A DNA stretch of 64,000 bases from Malacoraja senta. Its lineage: Eukaryota. The DNA is taken from assembly GCA_038087875.1 (NCBI GenBank), contig CM075988.1, forward strand, positions 744,001 through 808,000, written 5' to 3'. Within the stretch, counting starts at the first letter, position 1; each line of letters opens with the position of its first letter. The notes under the pieces were generated by a model that saw only the letters and a program-made list of their open reading frames with translations, was not told the DNA's origin and searched no databases. Shown here piece after piece: positions 62,709 through 64,000 of this stretch. A program made the translations under genes and the position numbers.

Positions 62709-64000
62709 CAGTGGCTTGCAAAAGTTTTCATACCCCTTGAACTTTTCCACATTTTGTCACGTTACAACCACAAACGTAAATGTATTTTATTGGGATTTTA
62801 TGTGATAGACCAACACAAAGTGGTGCATAATTGTGAAGTGGAAGGAAAATGATACATGGTTTTCAAATGTTTTTACAAATAAAAAAATGAAAAGTGTCGC
62901 GTGCAAAAGTATTCAGCCCCCCTGAGTCAATACTTTGGAGAACCACCTTTCGCTGCAATTACAGCTGCAAGTCTTTTGGGGTATGTCTCTACCAGCTTTG
63001 CACATCTAGAGACTGAAATTTTTGCCCATTCTTCTTTGCAAAATAGCTCAAGCTCAGTCAGATTGGATGGAGAGCGTCTGTGAACAGCAATTTTCAAGTC
63101 TTGCCAGAGATTCTCAATTGGATTTAGGTCTGGACTTTGACTGGGCCATTCTAACATATGAATATGCTTTGATCTAAACCATTCCATTGTAGCTCTGGCT
63201 GTATGTTTAGGGTCATTGTCCTGCTGGAAGGTGAACCTCCACCCCAGTCTCAAGTCTTTTGCAGACTCTAACAGGTTTTCTTCCAAGATTGCCCTGTATT
63301 TGGCTCCATCCATCTTCCCATCAACTCTGACCAGCTTCCCTGCCCCTGCTGAAGAAAAGCATCCCCACAGCATGATGCTGCCACCACCATGTTTCACAGT
63401 GGGGATGGTGTGTTCAGGGTGATGTGCAGTGTTAGGTTTCCGCCACACATAGCGTTTTGCATTTAGGCCAAAAACTTCAATTTTGGTCTCATCTGACCAG
63501 AGCACCTTCCTCCACATGTTTGCTGTGTCCCCCACATGGCTTGTGGCAAACTGCAAACGGGACGTCTTATGGCTTTTTTTCAACAATGGTTTCTTCTTGC
63601 CACTCTTCCATAAAGGCCCGATTTGTGGAGTACACGACTAATAGTTGTCCTGTGGACAGATTCTCCCACCTGAGCTGTGGATCTCTGCAGCTCCTCCAGA
63701 GTTACCATGGGCCTCTTGGCTGCTTCTCTGATCAATGCTCTCCTTGCCCAGCCCATCAGTTTAGGTGGACGGCCATGTCTTGGTAGGTTTGCAGTTGTGC
63801 CATACTCTTTCCATTTTCTGATGATGGATTGAACAGTGCTCCGTGAGATGTTCAAAGCTTGGGATGGTTTTTTATAACCTAACCCTGCTTTAAACTTCTC
63901 CACAACTTTATCCCTGACCTGTCTGGTGTGTTCCTTGGGCTTCATGATGCTGTTTGTTCACTAATGTTCTCTAACAAACCTCTGAGGCCTTCACAGAACA
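62709..64000 (-). mobile_element. Tc1/mariner IR-DR DNA transposon (Passport-like); runs off the window
   Basis: TA|CAGTGGCTTGCAAAAGTTTTCATACCCC terminus, inner direct repeat gtgcaaaagtattcagcccc at about 62901, and transposase on the minus strand. Confidence 0.93.
62927..63945 (-). pseudogene. Tc1 DD34E transposase with one frameshift
   Basis: Paired-like HTH with GRPPK, WSDETK, FQQDND...(34 aa)...DLNPIENLW. One base is missing at the ARRKPLL motif (about 63590), splitting ORFs 63580-63945 and 62927-63586. Confidence 0.92.

Noticed and set aside
47688..64000. TMEM107 exons 1-2
   Set aside because: No segment encoding the expected ..VPSRFLTL.AHL.. or ..ACLP..F...EY.. peptides was found; they probably lie beyond the window.

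Overview
This is vertebrate genomic DNA. The repeat families point to a cartilaginous fish, probably a skate or ray (inference). The only recognisable host gene is TMEM107 on the minus strand. Its last three coding exons (47587-47687, 33196-33292, 19512-19581) splice in frame to the C-terminus ...VFGLKKKPL*. The 14.3-kb intron between the first two of these is U12-type (minor spliceosome: GTATCCTT donor, TTCCTTGAC branch point). Exons 1-2 were not found and probably lie beyond the right edge. Most of the rest is nested transposable elements: several CR1 LINE families, Hero/R2-like RLE retrotransposons, Penelope fragments and derived mini-elements, L1/Tx1 3' ends, Rex/Babar pieces, V-SINEs, GC-rich Helitron-like elements, a Harbinger MITE, a Mutator-like foldback carrying about 6 kb of CR1, and a Passport-like Tc1. 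Main leads: (1) a U-UUA-AAC slippery heptamer directly before the ORF1 stop in two different CR1 families, with ORF2 in the -1 frame in the intact copy, suggesting programmed ORF1-ORF2 frameshifting; (2) a near-intact chimeric CR1; (3) dispersed 90-170 bp mobile elements built around a minimal hammerhead-ribozyme-like core; (4) the U12 intron. Repeat boundaries were read by eye and are approximate unless a target-site duplication (TSD) or terminus is quoted. CR1 family letters A-D are my own labels.
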